The notes under the pieces were generated by a model that had not been told where the DNA came from, did not search any database, and saw only the letters and a program-made list of their open reading frames with translations. DNA of 63,887 nt, counting the filler, from Dimargaris cristalligena (lineage: Eukaryota), in NCBI GenBank assembly GCA_003614675.1. It is 11 parts of 11 records of this genome, joined end to end, with 100 filler letters (N's around TTAATTAATTAA, not from the genome) between each part and the next. Parts side by side here need not be neighbours in the genome. Positions count along the whole stretch, not along the records: positions 47,661 to 53,476 come from ML003578.1; positions 53,577 to 59,372 come from ML003579.1; positions 59,473 to 63,887 come from ML003760.1; 8 more parts are not named here. The stretch is one strand, 5' to 3'. Positions 48,591 through 59,968 of the stretch are shown in pieces. A program made the position numbers and the translations under genes. How positions within the stretch are numbered: position 1 is the first letter of the stretch; every line of letters begins with the position of its first letter.

Positions 48591-50118
48591 TTACTTGCGT
48601 TTGGGGGCTTCGCGGACGTAGGGGACGAATTCCACACCACCCATATAGGGCTGCAGAACCTTGGGGATATTAAGGCCCTCGGGGGTCTGGTAGTTCTCCA
48701 ACAGGCAGCACATGGTACGCTCGGTGGCACACAGCGTCGAGTTCAGGCAGTGGACGTAACGCTTCTCCCGGTCACCCATTTTCTTGGTACCACAGCGGAT
48801 CTCGAGCCGGCGGCTCTGGTAGTCGGTACAGTTGGAGCAGCTAACCAGCTCCTTGTATTCGCCCTGGAAGGGGAACCAGGCCTCTAAATCGTACTTCTTG
48901 GCGGCGGCGTTGTTGAGGGCCCCTGACACAATGGACACGACGCGGTAGGAGAAGCCCAGGGACTTGAAGAATTCCTCGCTGGTGGCGATCATTTCGTCGA
49001 ACATTTCCCAACTCTTCTCGGGCTCGGTAAGGACAAACTGTTCAATCTTTTCGAACTGGTGGACCCGGAAGATTCCCCAGGTGTCTTTGCCGTGGGCACC
49101 GGCCTCCTTACGGAAACAGGTGGAGTAACCAGCGTAACTAATGAAGTGGGGGGAAAGGCAGCCGATGTTGCAGTACCAGGGCATAAAAATATGTGGTGGA
49201 GAAGGTGGGTTAGTACGATGATCAAAATAATGTCCGCGGTTCCAATACCAGAATGGCTGACATCAGAATCCTTTATCAGCGTTTTCCCAACATGCTTAAC
49301 TGTTCGATAGAGTAAAGTGGCAGGGCTTACCGGAGGGGCAGTTGCTTCTCGGGTTGTTCGAACCACTCGTTGGAGTGGAAGGCGGAGATGGGTTGTTCGG
49401 AAGTGGCGATCAGGTACTTGTCGTCGCTATCACCGGTCACCTTGTAGAGCTCCTCGTCGAACTGATCCAGCTGGGCGGTCTTAGCCATGACCTCCTTGCG
49501 CATAAAGAAGGGGGTCTGGAGCTTCTTATAGCCCTTGGCGCCCAAGAAGTTGAGGCCGTACATAATCAAGGCCAGGTTCAGGTCCACCCCGACGTTGGTG
49601 AGGAAATAACCGCGGTGGCCGGCGATGTTGGCACCGCGCTCGGCATCGAAACCATCCAGGCGGTGGAGCACCTCGTGGTGGGACAGAATATCGGTGCGCT
49701 TCTGGGGGGCCTCACCGGTGGGGGACCATTGGCGCATGATTTCGTTGTTGGCTTCGTCCATGCTCACGGGCACGGACTCGTGAACCAAGTTACCGATCTG
49801 GGACACCAGCTGCTTGAGGACCTCCTCCTTGTCCTTCTCCTCGCCACCCAGGGCCGTCTTCCGGTCCTGCACGGTCGTTTTTTCGGCGATGAGTTCGGCG
49901 GGATCCTCCTTCTTCTTCATACGCATGCCGATCTCCTTTTGGATTTTGTTGATGGCCTTGTTGAGCTGGTCCAGGTCGAAGCGGGAGGTCTTCCACTCTT
50001 CGTACTTGGCGATGACCTCGTCGACGGCCTCGACGGAGGCGCCGCGACGACGCTGGGATTCGCGAATCAGCTCGGGGTTACCACCCTTTTCGGATTGAAA
50101 TAGGTTAAGGTCCAACAT
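48591..50118 (-). CDS. SES1: Cytosolic seryl-tRNA synthetase; exons 50118-49331 and 49137-48591
   Basis: [56 protein letters not shown]...TAG intron keeps the frame. Confidence 0.97.
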
Positions 50119-52260
50119 GGCGCACTGGAGGGTCGTAAGAGAGATAATGGATAGAGGCAAGGGGAAATGGGAGGGTTAAGATGGAAGCAAAACCAAGTAT
50201 AATTGACGAACGGTAATAGGTAAGCGCAAGGGGGAAGCCGAGCCAGCAAGAACTGATATTATGGAAAACTCGACACTGATATTTTTTGCCCAAAGAATGT
50301 GTGTCCGTTTCTTTACCCAGCACAGCGGTTTGTGTATCAAATCAAGGCTAGGTGTGGTTTATACAGCTACAACACACTGGAGGAGCAACCTCTCTCAACG
50401 CCTTGGGATGCTTTAAAATTGGTGTGTCACTACTACTACTACTACTGGCCAACCACACAAGAAAAAGTCGCAGGTGGGTAAATAATTACTGGGTGGGACA
50501 TCCAAAATAGTCGGACTCCCTGGCTGACAGCAGCTACCCAGACTGTGCAATTCCCCTCTCCCCTAGTCACTCAATCCAGCAGCCTGAGCGGAATGGGAGG
50601 GCACTTCCCAAATGAACTAGTCTTGTGCTTGGCTATTCCTTCATTGTCCCCTCCTCTCCATCCCAACTGTTGTATATCTATATAATATCCCCGCGTTGTC
50701 CTGTCCAGTATGGCCACTCCCGAAACCAGCTCACTCCCCACCCGGTGGGCCTTCCACACCGCCACCCAGTCCTTCATGAGCACCCCGTACCATTTCCTAG
50801 TTGGTCGGTTAAGGGCCACCGAAGCCGGGAAAGAAGGTCCTCTCTGGGTATGGGTCGGGTCTTCCGAAGCCGCCTTACATAACCTGGCCTTATCGTTTCC
50901 GAGTCGCCTACCTTCGCAGACACCCAGTGCCACCCAGCTGCTCGGCAACCCCGATAATGACCGTGGCTACCTGATTTCTGTCCGTCTTGGTAAGTTCTCC
51001 GTAATGATGATATTATACCAGGCTGGGCATGGAGCTAATTTAGCTGAACAACTGCCATTTACCGTATGATTAAACATACTCGCTTATACTGAATCCTTTG
51101 CCCTCTTTTATATAATCATTTATGGGAACCCATCCTCCCTAGCCAAACGATTCAATAGGCCTTGTTTCGTCAGCTTCCACGGCTCCCCAGGCAACCAACC
51201 CGATCTTGACTTTTTCTTAGAAAAGACCCTTATTGAAGTGCTGCGACAATTTATTGCCTAATTATATAACCTTATCATTAAAGTGGTGTGGTGGTACTGG
51301 ATGGTTTCTTGGAGTAGGGAGGGATCGAATTCAGCCGACTTTTAATTTTATTTTGCGAATTGGAGGGTTTGTTATCCTCATGGCCACCATTTCCCCCCAA
51401 GTAATACTCACCCAGTGGATATGGGGGGAAGTCGCCTAGAATATATGGAATGTACATATTTGGACCCATTGGATTTGTGTTCCATCTTTTGTTCCGCACT
51501 GTCGTAGGGTTGGCCAAGGTCTATGGATGTATCATGTGACTGCGGCATATTAACCAAGGTAAATATCATAAATAAGTCTTAAAGAAGGAGGAGCCCTAAG
51601 AAGGGAAATGGAGCAAGGCCCCCTTACAATGCTATTACTGTGGCATGCCAGAGCCCGCCTAGGAGTGTTGCTTATAGTGATCCAGGTTGTAGACCTAACG
51701 AGAGACTCCCAAACCCACATTGAGGGTGCTAAAGAGCTCCAAAGATTTAGAGTCAAACAATATACCCATCCCACCTTGAGTGTCACTTTGGGATACCATC
51801 GGGAGGCAAACCCGCTGATATTCACCGTAGGTCATCATAATGTTAGTTTCTGGTTTTGCTCTTCTAGAGCTGCGGTGTTTAAACAATCCGCTATAATGCG
51901 ACCTTTGGTCGTTTATTTATTGTAGTTCCGAAGCAATCAAACTACCAACCTTATCGGCAAATCCACCTCGGGTTAAACAGACCAGCCTTCACAATGTGCC
52001 TATTGTGGCTCTATAACAACGGCCAACCAATCAGAGAAGGACCTACTGCATTATTTTATTCTAGTGACCCGTCTCAATAATTACAATATATACCCAGAGA
52101 CTCCGCTTCTTACAATTTGGCACTACTAAATAGCCCATGGTCAATTGGTAATACGCGGCTTGGCCTCTTCACTAACACAAGCTCCATATACCCCCCTCGA
52201 ATTATTTACCACTATATTTCCACCACAAAGCACTTTAAAACCGTACGCGAACTGCAACAC

Positions 52261-53346
52261 ATGGCGGACTCTACGAACGATTCTGGTTCGGCGCCACTCT
52301 CCAACTTGTCCGGGGAGGAATTCCTGGCCTGGATTCTTCACCCCTCTCAGCAACACATCGGCAAGTTGGTCATTCAGCGCCTCGACAACCAGGACCAGTT
52401 CAACCTGGCCAGTACATGTCACGCTCTCCGCCCCCTTGTCGCGGCGACTTACGAACTTTCCTTTGAAATCCCCACTGATATTTCAAAATACGACTGTATG
52501 GAGCGGTTTATCGAGCGTCACCGCCCTAAAGTTCGGCACCTTCATATTCAGACCCCGCCGGAGATCCCGTTGCTCTGGATAGTTGGCACCCGATTCCTAT
52601 TTAAATCAATTGTTGCTTCGACCCACCTTACGCTATCCCTTGAGCACGTTACCCACTGGCCTATCCTCGCCGACTGTTTAACCAGCTTCGGCTCTCCACT
52701 TCAGGAACTGTCGGTCCATTTTAACGGATCTAGTTCGTGGCGAAATGACTATCACCAATTCCAAACTCCTCTCATATCGCCTGAGACCACTGCTGCCTTA
52801 AGTCAAATCAAATCGCTTGGTATTCACACACATGCTGTAGTATTTGATATTATATACATGGATTGGTTATTGGAGCCATTTACTGGTATTCAGCGACTTG
52901 GTTTGGACTTGCCGCGGTCCGACTATAATATTCCGCAAATAAGTCTCGATTACTTTCGGCATTTAACTCATGTGTCCATTACCTCTGCGACCTGCAATAT
53001 TCCCCGCATGATTTCCGATAGCCAGGATAATCTAAGCCGATTGATATCTCTTACATTCAGTTGTAATTTGGGCATGAATAACAATGGTATAACCACAATA
53101 CCCGCAGTCAACTTTCCAAACTTGAAAAACTTGACCATGTGCTTGGATTATGGGCATTCTAGGTTAAGTTACGACCAGCAATTTGCTTTGTTGATGTTTT
53201 TTGGCCAATATTGGCCTTCTGTTACCACACTAACTATAACTGGTGGTGGCCTACCGGGCCAAATTGCAACAGCTATTATTTGTAATTTTCCGAATCTCCG
53301 GGATTCGTCATCAATGGAAATAACCAGGATCGCCGCGCGTGACTAA
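52261..53346 (+). CDS. Divergent F-box-like/leucine-rich-repeat protein; 3' end uncertain
   Basis: IGKLVIQRLDNQDQFNLASTCHALRPL resembles an F-box. Repeated LxxLxL units follow (LQELSV, IKSLGI, LTHVSI, FPNLKNLTM, FPNLR). Confidence 0.6.
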   Translation: MADSTNDSGSAPLSNLSGEEFLAWILHPSQQHIGKLVIQRLDNQDQFNLASTCHALRPLVAATYELSFEIPTDISKYDCMERFIERHRPKVRHLHIQTPPEIPLLWIVGTRFLFKSIVASTHLTLSLEHVTHWPILADCLTSFGSPLQELSVHFNGSSSWRNDYHQFQTPLISPETTAALSQIKSLGIHTHAVVFDIIYMDWLLEPFTGIQRLGLDLPRSDYNIPQISLDYFRHLTHVSITSATCNIPRMISDSQDNLSRLISLTFSCNLGMNNNGITTIPAVNFPNLKNLTMCLDYGHSRLSYDQQFALLMFFGQYWPSVTTLTITGGGLPGQIATAIICNFPNLRDSSSMEITRIAARD

Positions 53347-53663
53347 ACGTATGTATGTGTACTGACATGGGTCGGGATGGATTATCCTCTCCACAAGACA
53401 AACTAGTCGCGACCTTCGTCATGTGATCCCTGCGCATCCTACAGTTACACCCTTGCAGGAGTATTCGGAAGACCTANNNNNNNNNNNNNNNNNNNNNNNN
53501 NNNNNNNNNNNNNNNNNNNNTTAATTAATTAANNNNNNNNNNNNNNNNNNNNNNNNNNNNNNNNNNNNNNNNNNNNGGGAAGGGAGTTCCCAGATAATAG
53601 TATTAGTCATCACAAAGGATAGGTAATACTCGGGTAACCGATAAATTCAATGTGAAACAATAG

Positions 53664-54009
53664 TGCAACCGGGGGAGGCCACCCCCACTCAAAGACAAGA
53701 GGTCGATCCTCCTCACAGTACCCCCCGACTAAGCGAGGAAGACCACATGAGTCATGACATGGATCATTCGACCCCCCCACAGGAAGAGAATGGCCTTCCC
53801 CTAACGGCACAAGAACAACACCTCATCCCAGAGGAATAAAACCCATTGCCTGAGCAGCCCACCATTATTCTGTGTCTTTCAATAAAATACTTATAATTAT
53901 ATTATGCCTACGAGCTCTATTTTACCTGTTTGGTTATTTATGCCCTACTCAGTGATTGTTAGTTATTTTATCATCTTATTTCCGGCCCCACTCGGCCTGC
54001 TCGGTTACA
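53664..54009 (+). repeat. 5' LTR
   Basis: Direct repeat of 58949-59294; AATAAA at 53835 and 53881. Confidence 0.97.
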
Positions 54010-54013
54010 AACT

Positions 54014-54027
54014 TTTTATTGAAAGAC
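54014..54027 (+). promoter_or_regulatory. Putative self-priming primer-binding site
   Basis: TTTTATTGAAAGAC is the exact reverse complement of LTR 53874-53887 (GTCTTTCAATAAAA). No TGG tRNA-type PBS follows the LTR. Confidence 0.7.
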
Positions 54028-54031
54028 CTAA

Positions 54032-54886
54032 ATGTCTACCCAACAACACCTAAGCAGCCCCCCTCAGGCCATCCAGCATGGGCTACCATCAGGTGCCCTA
54101 GACACCCTCCTCAAGAACGTCAAACCCTTTACAGGAAAACCACCGGGTCCCACTTGGGAATCATGGACGACTTCCCTCACAGCCACCATTGAGGACTACT
54201 ACCCTCAGATGAGCACTGGAGCCCGGTTCCGACTGAAGATTGCACTCCTTCAGGATGATATACGTGACCTCATCATCAAGTCCGGTAAGGACACCACAGA
54301 ACACTTCGAGCCATTCATGACAACCACCTACCTGACTTCTCTGTGGGCAGATTACTACGACACTGCGCTACACTCGGGGACCCTCTTTAAGGGCAAGAAC
54401 ATTCATGTCGCCTGTTCCATTGCTTCGGATGCCGCCTGGCAACTGGGGGGCACCAGCCACTGGTGTACCCAGGTTACAAAGGCACTGCTGGCCGAGTTCC
54501 ACATGGACCTAGAACAAGCCCCCCACGAACTCTGGAACTTTATGGAGTATACTGCAGGGGAGATGGATGAGCACTTCAAATCTATTACCCAAGCAGTTTT
54601 GGCTAGCCAAGCCCGTCAGGCCGCCTTACGTACTGCACCAGGCCAAGGCCCACTAGGCCAAGAAAGTCGAGGGCAGCCAGCTAGTGGCACTAGGGACACC
54701 GGACCTACAACCATAGAATCAATCGTGGCCGCAGTTCTCGCCACCATGAAAGAAGAAACTCCCAACCCCAGTAATCGTGGTAAAGCACGTCGCCGAAAGG
54801 ATCGTCAGGCCAAGATTATGGCAGATCTTCAGGCCGAGGTCAAGCACCTACACCAGCAAGTCAATGATAAGCCGGGAAAAGCATAG
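54032..54886 (+). CDS. gag: Retrotransposon Gag-like protein (284 aa)
   Basis: First ORF after the 5' LTR; VKPFTG...WESW capsid-like start; basic C-terminal patch; no CCHC knuckle seen. Confidence 0.8.
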   Translation: MSTQQHLSSPPQAIQHGLPSGALDTLLKNVKPFTGKPPGPTWESWTTSLTATIEDYYPQMSTGARFRLKIALLQDDIRDLIIKSGKDTTEHFEPFMTTTYLTSLWADYYDTALHSGTLFKGKNIHVACSIASDAAWQLGGTSHWCTQVTKALLAEFHMDLEQAPHELWNFMEYTAGEMDEHFKSITQAVLASQARQAALRTAPGQGPLGQESRGQPASGTRDTGPTTIESIVAAVLATMKEETPNPSNRGKARRRKDRQAKIMADLQAEVKHLHQQVNDKPGKA

Positions 54887-57800
54887 AGGTGGTGAGGGAT
54901 CCCTCTGTACTAGCCGCAATTGTCACTAATAAAACTAGTACTCATACCCTTACCACCAAAGACACACAATCTCATTGGAGACTACTACGGGATGCCACCC
55001 TGGGTGGAGTTCAACTCAAAGCAGCAGCAGATCAAGGCGCAGCAACTAGTGTGATCACCCGAGAGGCAGCCAGCCGCCTACACCTTAAGATCGATCAGCG
55101 GCTAAGACCCCACCTACGAGCCTTCGGGGGACATAGTTATGCCCCAACCCTAGGGACCACCCGGGCCCGATTTGCAACAACTGAATCCCCTAAGAAACGA
55201 TGGATTAGATTCACCGTAATTGAAGCCCACACTGATATTGATGCCCTAATCGGCCGTCATGACCTAGATTCCTTGGACCTCGACCTTATCACCTCATGGG
55301 GTCAGGCAGTTACCCGACAAGCCTCCCCTCTGTCAGCCCCACTAGAAACACCTCAAGTTACCCAAAGGGAAACCCTGGAGCTGAGAGGACTCCCATCTGA
55401 CACCTTTCAGCGGATTGACCCAGCATCCGACCGGGAATTCCAAGCGGCAAATAACCAGTACCCATTACCCACTCGTCAGAGCATTCAATCCCGAGTAGTG
55501 GAGCAACTGGAAGACCAACAAACCAAAACTCAACTACTTGATGAGCTTATGACAGGGCTCCTGGCACTTCGGGAATACCCACCAAGTTGCCCACCACCTT
55601 GCCTACTCACCCCAATATCCCCACCCCTAAGGCATAATGCAAAACTCCTTTTTATCCCACAGGCCCCCCGGAGTCGGGCAGACCGGGAGTTCATGGACAA
55701 GTATATCAAAACCCGTCTCCAGTATGGGGTAGATGAGCCCGGATTTGCCCACGCCAATCTACCTGTGTACAGCCTACCAAAGCCAAATACTGATGCTCGA
55801 CTGGTCATTCTAGATGATAGCTAAGGGAGTACTATCAATATGCACTCCCTCGGAATGCAACTCCCTAGGCTCCATGAGGTACGGGGATTTGTCAATGATG
55901 CTAAGATCATCACCAGCGTTGATCTAGCCTCCTACTTCACACAAATTAGGTTAGCTCCCGAAGTCCGAGATTTCTGGACCTTTGAGGGTGGATCCAATGG
56001 TCGAGTACGTGCAGCACGGCTAGTCCAAGGCAACAGTCAGAGCCCAGCTATTGTGCATGCCCTTCTACTACATGTATTCAATGATATCCCTAGTCTCCGG
56101 GGTCGCCTCTTAGGGTATATCGATAATATATACTTAAAAAGTACTAGTGGTGATGTCCAAAGTCATATTCATGATATTGGTGCACTCATCCGGGGACTTG
56201 CCTCTTGGGGCCTCACTGTAAACCTATCTAAAAGTGAGTTTGCTGGTACCAGAAATGTAGAGATTCTGGGCTATCGTTGGTCACAGAAAAATACCTGGAC
56301 AATTCCAGATCACCGGATTGCAGACCTCCAACAGCTACCTATGCTTAGGACTGTCAAGGACATCCAGCGACTAACTGGTGGTGTCAATGCCATCTCAGCA
56401 CACCTCCCATGGGCAGCTGCACTATTAGCCCCATTTTATGCCCTCACTGGGCTTCGTCGTTTAAACAACACCCATCTGGTGGACCTCAAACCACATTGGG
56501 ATGATCTCAAGGAAGCCCTCCTAGATACGAAGCACCTGTATGAACCACGGCTGGGTGAACCTCTTACACTATGGGTAGATGCTGCTGAGGCAGGAGTAGG
56601 AGCAGTGCTACTTGCCCATCCTAAGGATCAGGGAGACAGGGTAGTCGCATACTTTAGCAAGGCCTTTGATGGACAACAAGGCCAGCGGCATCCCGGGTTC
56701 CGTGAAGCCTGGGGACTAGTGAGGGCAGCTCGGCATTTTTATACATATCTGGATGGTACCATTAACCTCCGGATTGAAGTCGATGCTACTACAGCACTGG
56801 GTATTTTCAACCACAAAGATACATGCCAGGCTGATGAATTAGCAGGCTTCCGTGCTGAACTCGCAAAGCTAGGAATTCATTCCAACATGATATACCATCG
56901 TCCTGGTGAGACTCACCTCACTGCTGACTGGCTATCCCAGGCCCTTCATCGCCAGAGACTATGCAAGCCTACCAAACGTACAGTAGCCACATTAGCAGCC
57001 ATGGAACTTGCCAGCAATGATCCAACCAGTAGCAGTGACGGGGGAGAGGCAGTACACATCTCTCTTACCTCCGATGATGAAGATGATGATGATCCAGAAT
57101 CAGGTACCACCCAACACCTGGGTGAGTCTACAATCATAGCATCCCTGCCCAACACCTGGCACTGGTCAATAACCCCAGAGGACCAAAAAGGCGACACCCA
57201 ACTTGCAAATTGGCACCAGCTCTGCCAGCGACGTGATGTGGAGATTGGTAATGACGATCCATTATTCACCGAGGTTAATGGGATGTCTATTCACAACGGA
57301 CTCCTCTGTCAAATAACCCCAGGTGTATTGGCCGGTACAATGGGGAGTTGGGTCCCCTTAATTCCAACGGCTATGCTGAAGGACACAATCATAAACTGGC
57401 ATAAAGAGCTTTGCCATCCTGGCCAGGAACGGCTACTAGCTTTTGCCCAAACCCGCCTTGCTCACTCGGCCCTGCGAGAGACCATCGATCGGTGTACTAG
57501 GACCTGTCACACTTGTCAGATAAATGCAATAGCCACCATTCGGAACACCCCGCGGTCAACTACATATGGCAACCGAAAACCAGGTGAGCACCTTTACCTT
57601 GATCTTGGTTACATCGGTCAAGTAGGGTCTGATGAGGAGACCCAATTTCTCATTATTGCCGATGCCACTAGCCGGTTTTACCAAGCCATACCACTGGTAC
57701 AATCAACAGCTGCAGATATCATAGAAGGCCTACGTGATGGCTGGATCGGGACCTATGGGAAACTACGTATGATCACTACTGACAATGGCCCACAATTCAC

Positions 57801-59124
57801 TGCCGAAACTCTTCAAACCTATCTTGAGGGCCAAGGGATCCGGCATATATTCTCCTCCCGTAGTCACCCTATCTCAGAATTGGCTGAGCGATATGTCGGG
57901 CTACTAAAGAACTCCCTCCGGAAGTGTTGGAGCCAACATGGTACTGATGACAGCTGGATTCAGTATCTTCCCAGAATCACAGCAGCACACGCAATTATCC
58001 CAGACCCACATACAGGTATCTCACCATGGATGGCCCTCAAAGGCATCGAATCAACCGTAAATACATCCCAACTGGTACTCCACCCGGATACTGATCAGGG
58101 AGTAGAGGGAGTTGCACAATGGGCTATAAACCAAGCCAAGGAACGACGGTCACGAATGCGAAAACTAGCCATGGAAAGGCATAACCAGCATGTTACCCGG
58201 AGGTGTTACATCACCGGAGAACTAGTCACCATTAAGGTGATACCAAAGCCGGCTAACCTGGCCAGTCGACCAGAGCGCAGGATGGGCCCATTCCGAGTCT
58301 TGGAGAGAGCCGGTCTGTCCTACTGATTAGCTAACCTCGATGGAAGTCCCCGGCCCCGAAACGTTCATGGTGACCTCCTCCTCCCATATTACATTAATGA
58401 TGATGAACATGATACTCATTTAGAGGAGACGGTGGCTAATTCAATTGAGCCAATACTGATATCTATACCTAATATCCAAGGAGAAGTTCAGAGTCAAGCC
58501 ACGGGGAATGAAGAAGGCCAAGTACAAACCAGGGCGGACACAAGCGGCGAAGATCAGGACCAGGAGACTACTGGATTAAACACCTCGCCTATAGGTGCAC
58601 AACTCCCGGTAGATAACTCACAGGAGGATTATGATAGTGACTATGGTAGCGATTATGACGACTCTGAAGATGAGGAGGACCAGGAATTAACATCCGAGTC
58701 GGACTCGGGAATACTATCAGATGCTCAACCAGAATGGCCACCACTACACATATATAGCCATGGCACCAAGAGACAAGCTTCTCGGTCACCCCCGCAGGCC
58801 AAAGCATCCCGAACAGACCATAAAAGGCTACGCGAACCATCTAGCCCCACTCTGCGAGCATTCCCCCACCTCCGGGAGAAACTAGACTGGGACACCCGAG
58901 AAACGGATGCCACAAACTCCGAGGACGAGCAGTTGCCCTGGAGTATTGTGCAACCGGGGGAGGCCACCCCCACTCAAAGACAAGAGGTTGATCCTCCTCA
59001 CAGTACCCCCCGACTAAGCGAGGAAGACCACATGAGTCATGACATGGATCATTCGACCCCCCCACAGGAAGAGAATGGCCTTCCCCTAATGGCACAAGAA
59101 CAACACCTCATCCCAGAGGAATAA
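54874..59124 (+). pseudogene. pol: pol (protease-RT-RNase H-integrase-acidic tail): one frame broken by TAA 55822-55824 and TGA 58324-58326
   Basis: ORFs 54889, 55840 and 58432 share a frame. Motifs: ADQGA...LIG (PR), VDLASYFTQ/QG/YIDN (RT), VDAAEAGVGAVL...ADWLS (RH), H-H-C-C, D-D(TDNGPQF)-E and GPF (IN). Confidence 0.92.
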
Positions 59125-59294
59125 AACCCATTGCCTGAGCAGCCCACCATTATTCTGTGTCTTTCAATAAAATACTTATAATTATATTATGCCTATGAGC
59201 TCTATTTTACCTGTTTGGTTATTTACGCCCTACTCGGTGATTGTTAGTTATTTTATCATCTTATTTCCGGCCCCACTCGGCCTGCTCGGTTACA
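58949..59294 (+). repeat. 3' LTR (first 176 nt overlap the pol frame)
   Basis: Direct repeat of 53664-54009. Confidence 0.97.
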
Positions 59295-59968
59295 ATAGAA
59301 GGGATAAAAAGAAAGGGAGAAAGCTATTGTTAGCTATTCTTTGAACAGGGGTGCAGTCGGGCCAGGGGCAGTNNNNNNNNNNNNNNNNNNNNNNNNNNNN
59401 NNNNNNNNNNNNNNNNTTAATTAATTAANNNNNNNNNNNNNNNNNNNNNNNNNNNNNNNNNNNNNNNNNNNNGTGTGGACTGCTTTCTCGATTGGTAGAA
59501 CTTGTCTTAATAAAATGTCTTTTCGCTTTACAGCTGGGCCGAGTTTCACACACATGATTTTTATTTATAAGGTCGTTTTCTTGCTATACAAGCCAGTAGA
59601 GCCTCCTCAACCTTTGGCTTTTAATTTGTAATCTCATTTCTCGATTATCACCCGTCGTTCCACCTAAAGCAGGACTTTGTGTATGCAATGTCCGTAATTC
59701 CGAAACATGCTCACTATCTATTGCAGAAACGGCTCGGAAACACCCTATTAACTACAATATTAAAAATAATTTACTAATACGCCAAGTACGCCCATCAAAT
59801 GACGGTAAGATATTGCTAGCAACGAAAATCACATAGACCATAATGCTGGTATTGTTGGCACTATCACCCCAAATATAGCCACCGGAATTAATATATATAT
59901 ACATATATATATATAGCTAAAAATAACACCGTCAGTTGGGATGAAGCAGTCCTAACTAAAGTGGTGAC

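Larger units (their letters stand above)
53664..59294 (+). mobile_element. Full-length Ty3/Gypsy LTR retrotransposon (5631 bp), inactivated by point mutations
   Basis: 346-bp LTRs (TGCAACC...GGTTACA) differing at 5 sites, TSD ATAG (53660-53663 and 59295-59298), gag followed by PR-RT-RH-IN. Confidence 0.97.

Noticed and set aside
51600-52050. CYYCG and CAYCG fragments suggesting a zinc-knuckle or gag relic
   Set aside because: Frames are broken, there is no complete CCHC motif and no LTR or other support.
58432-59124. Separate env-like third ORF
   Set aside because: No signal peptide or TM helix, and it is in frame with pol across a single TGA that interrupts the conserved GPF module.
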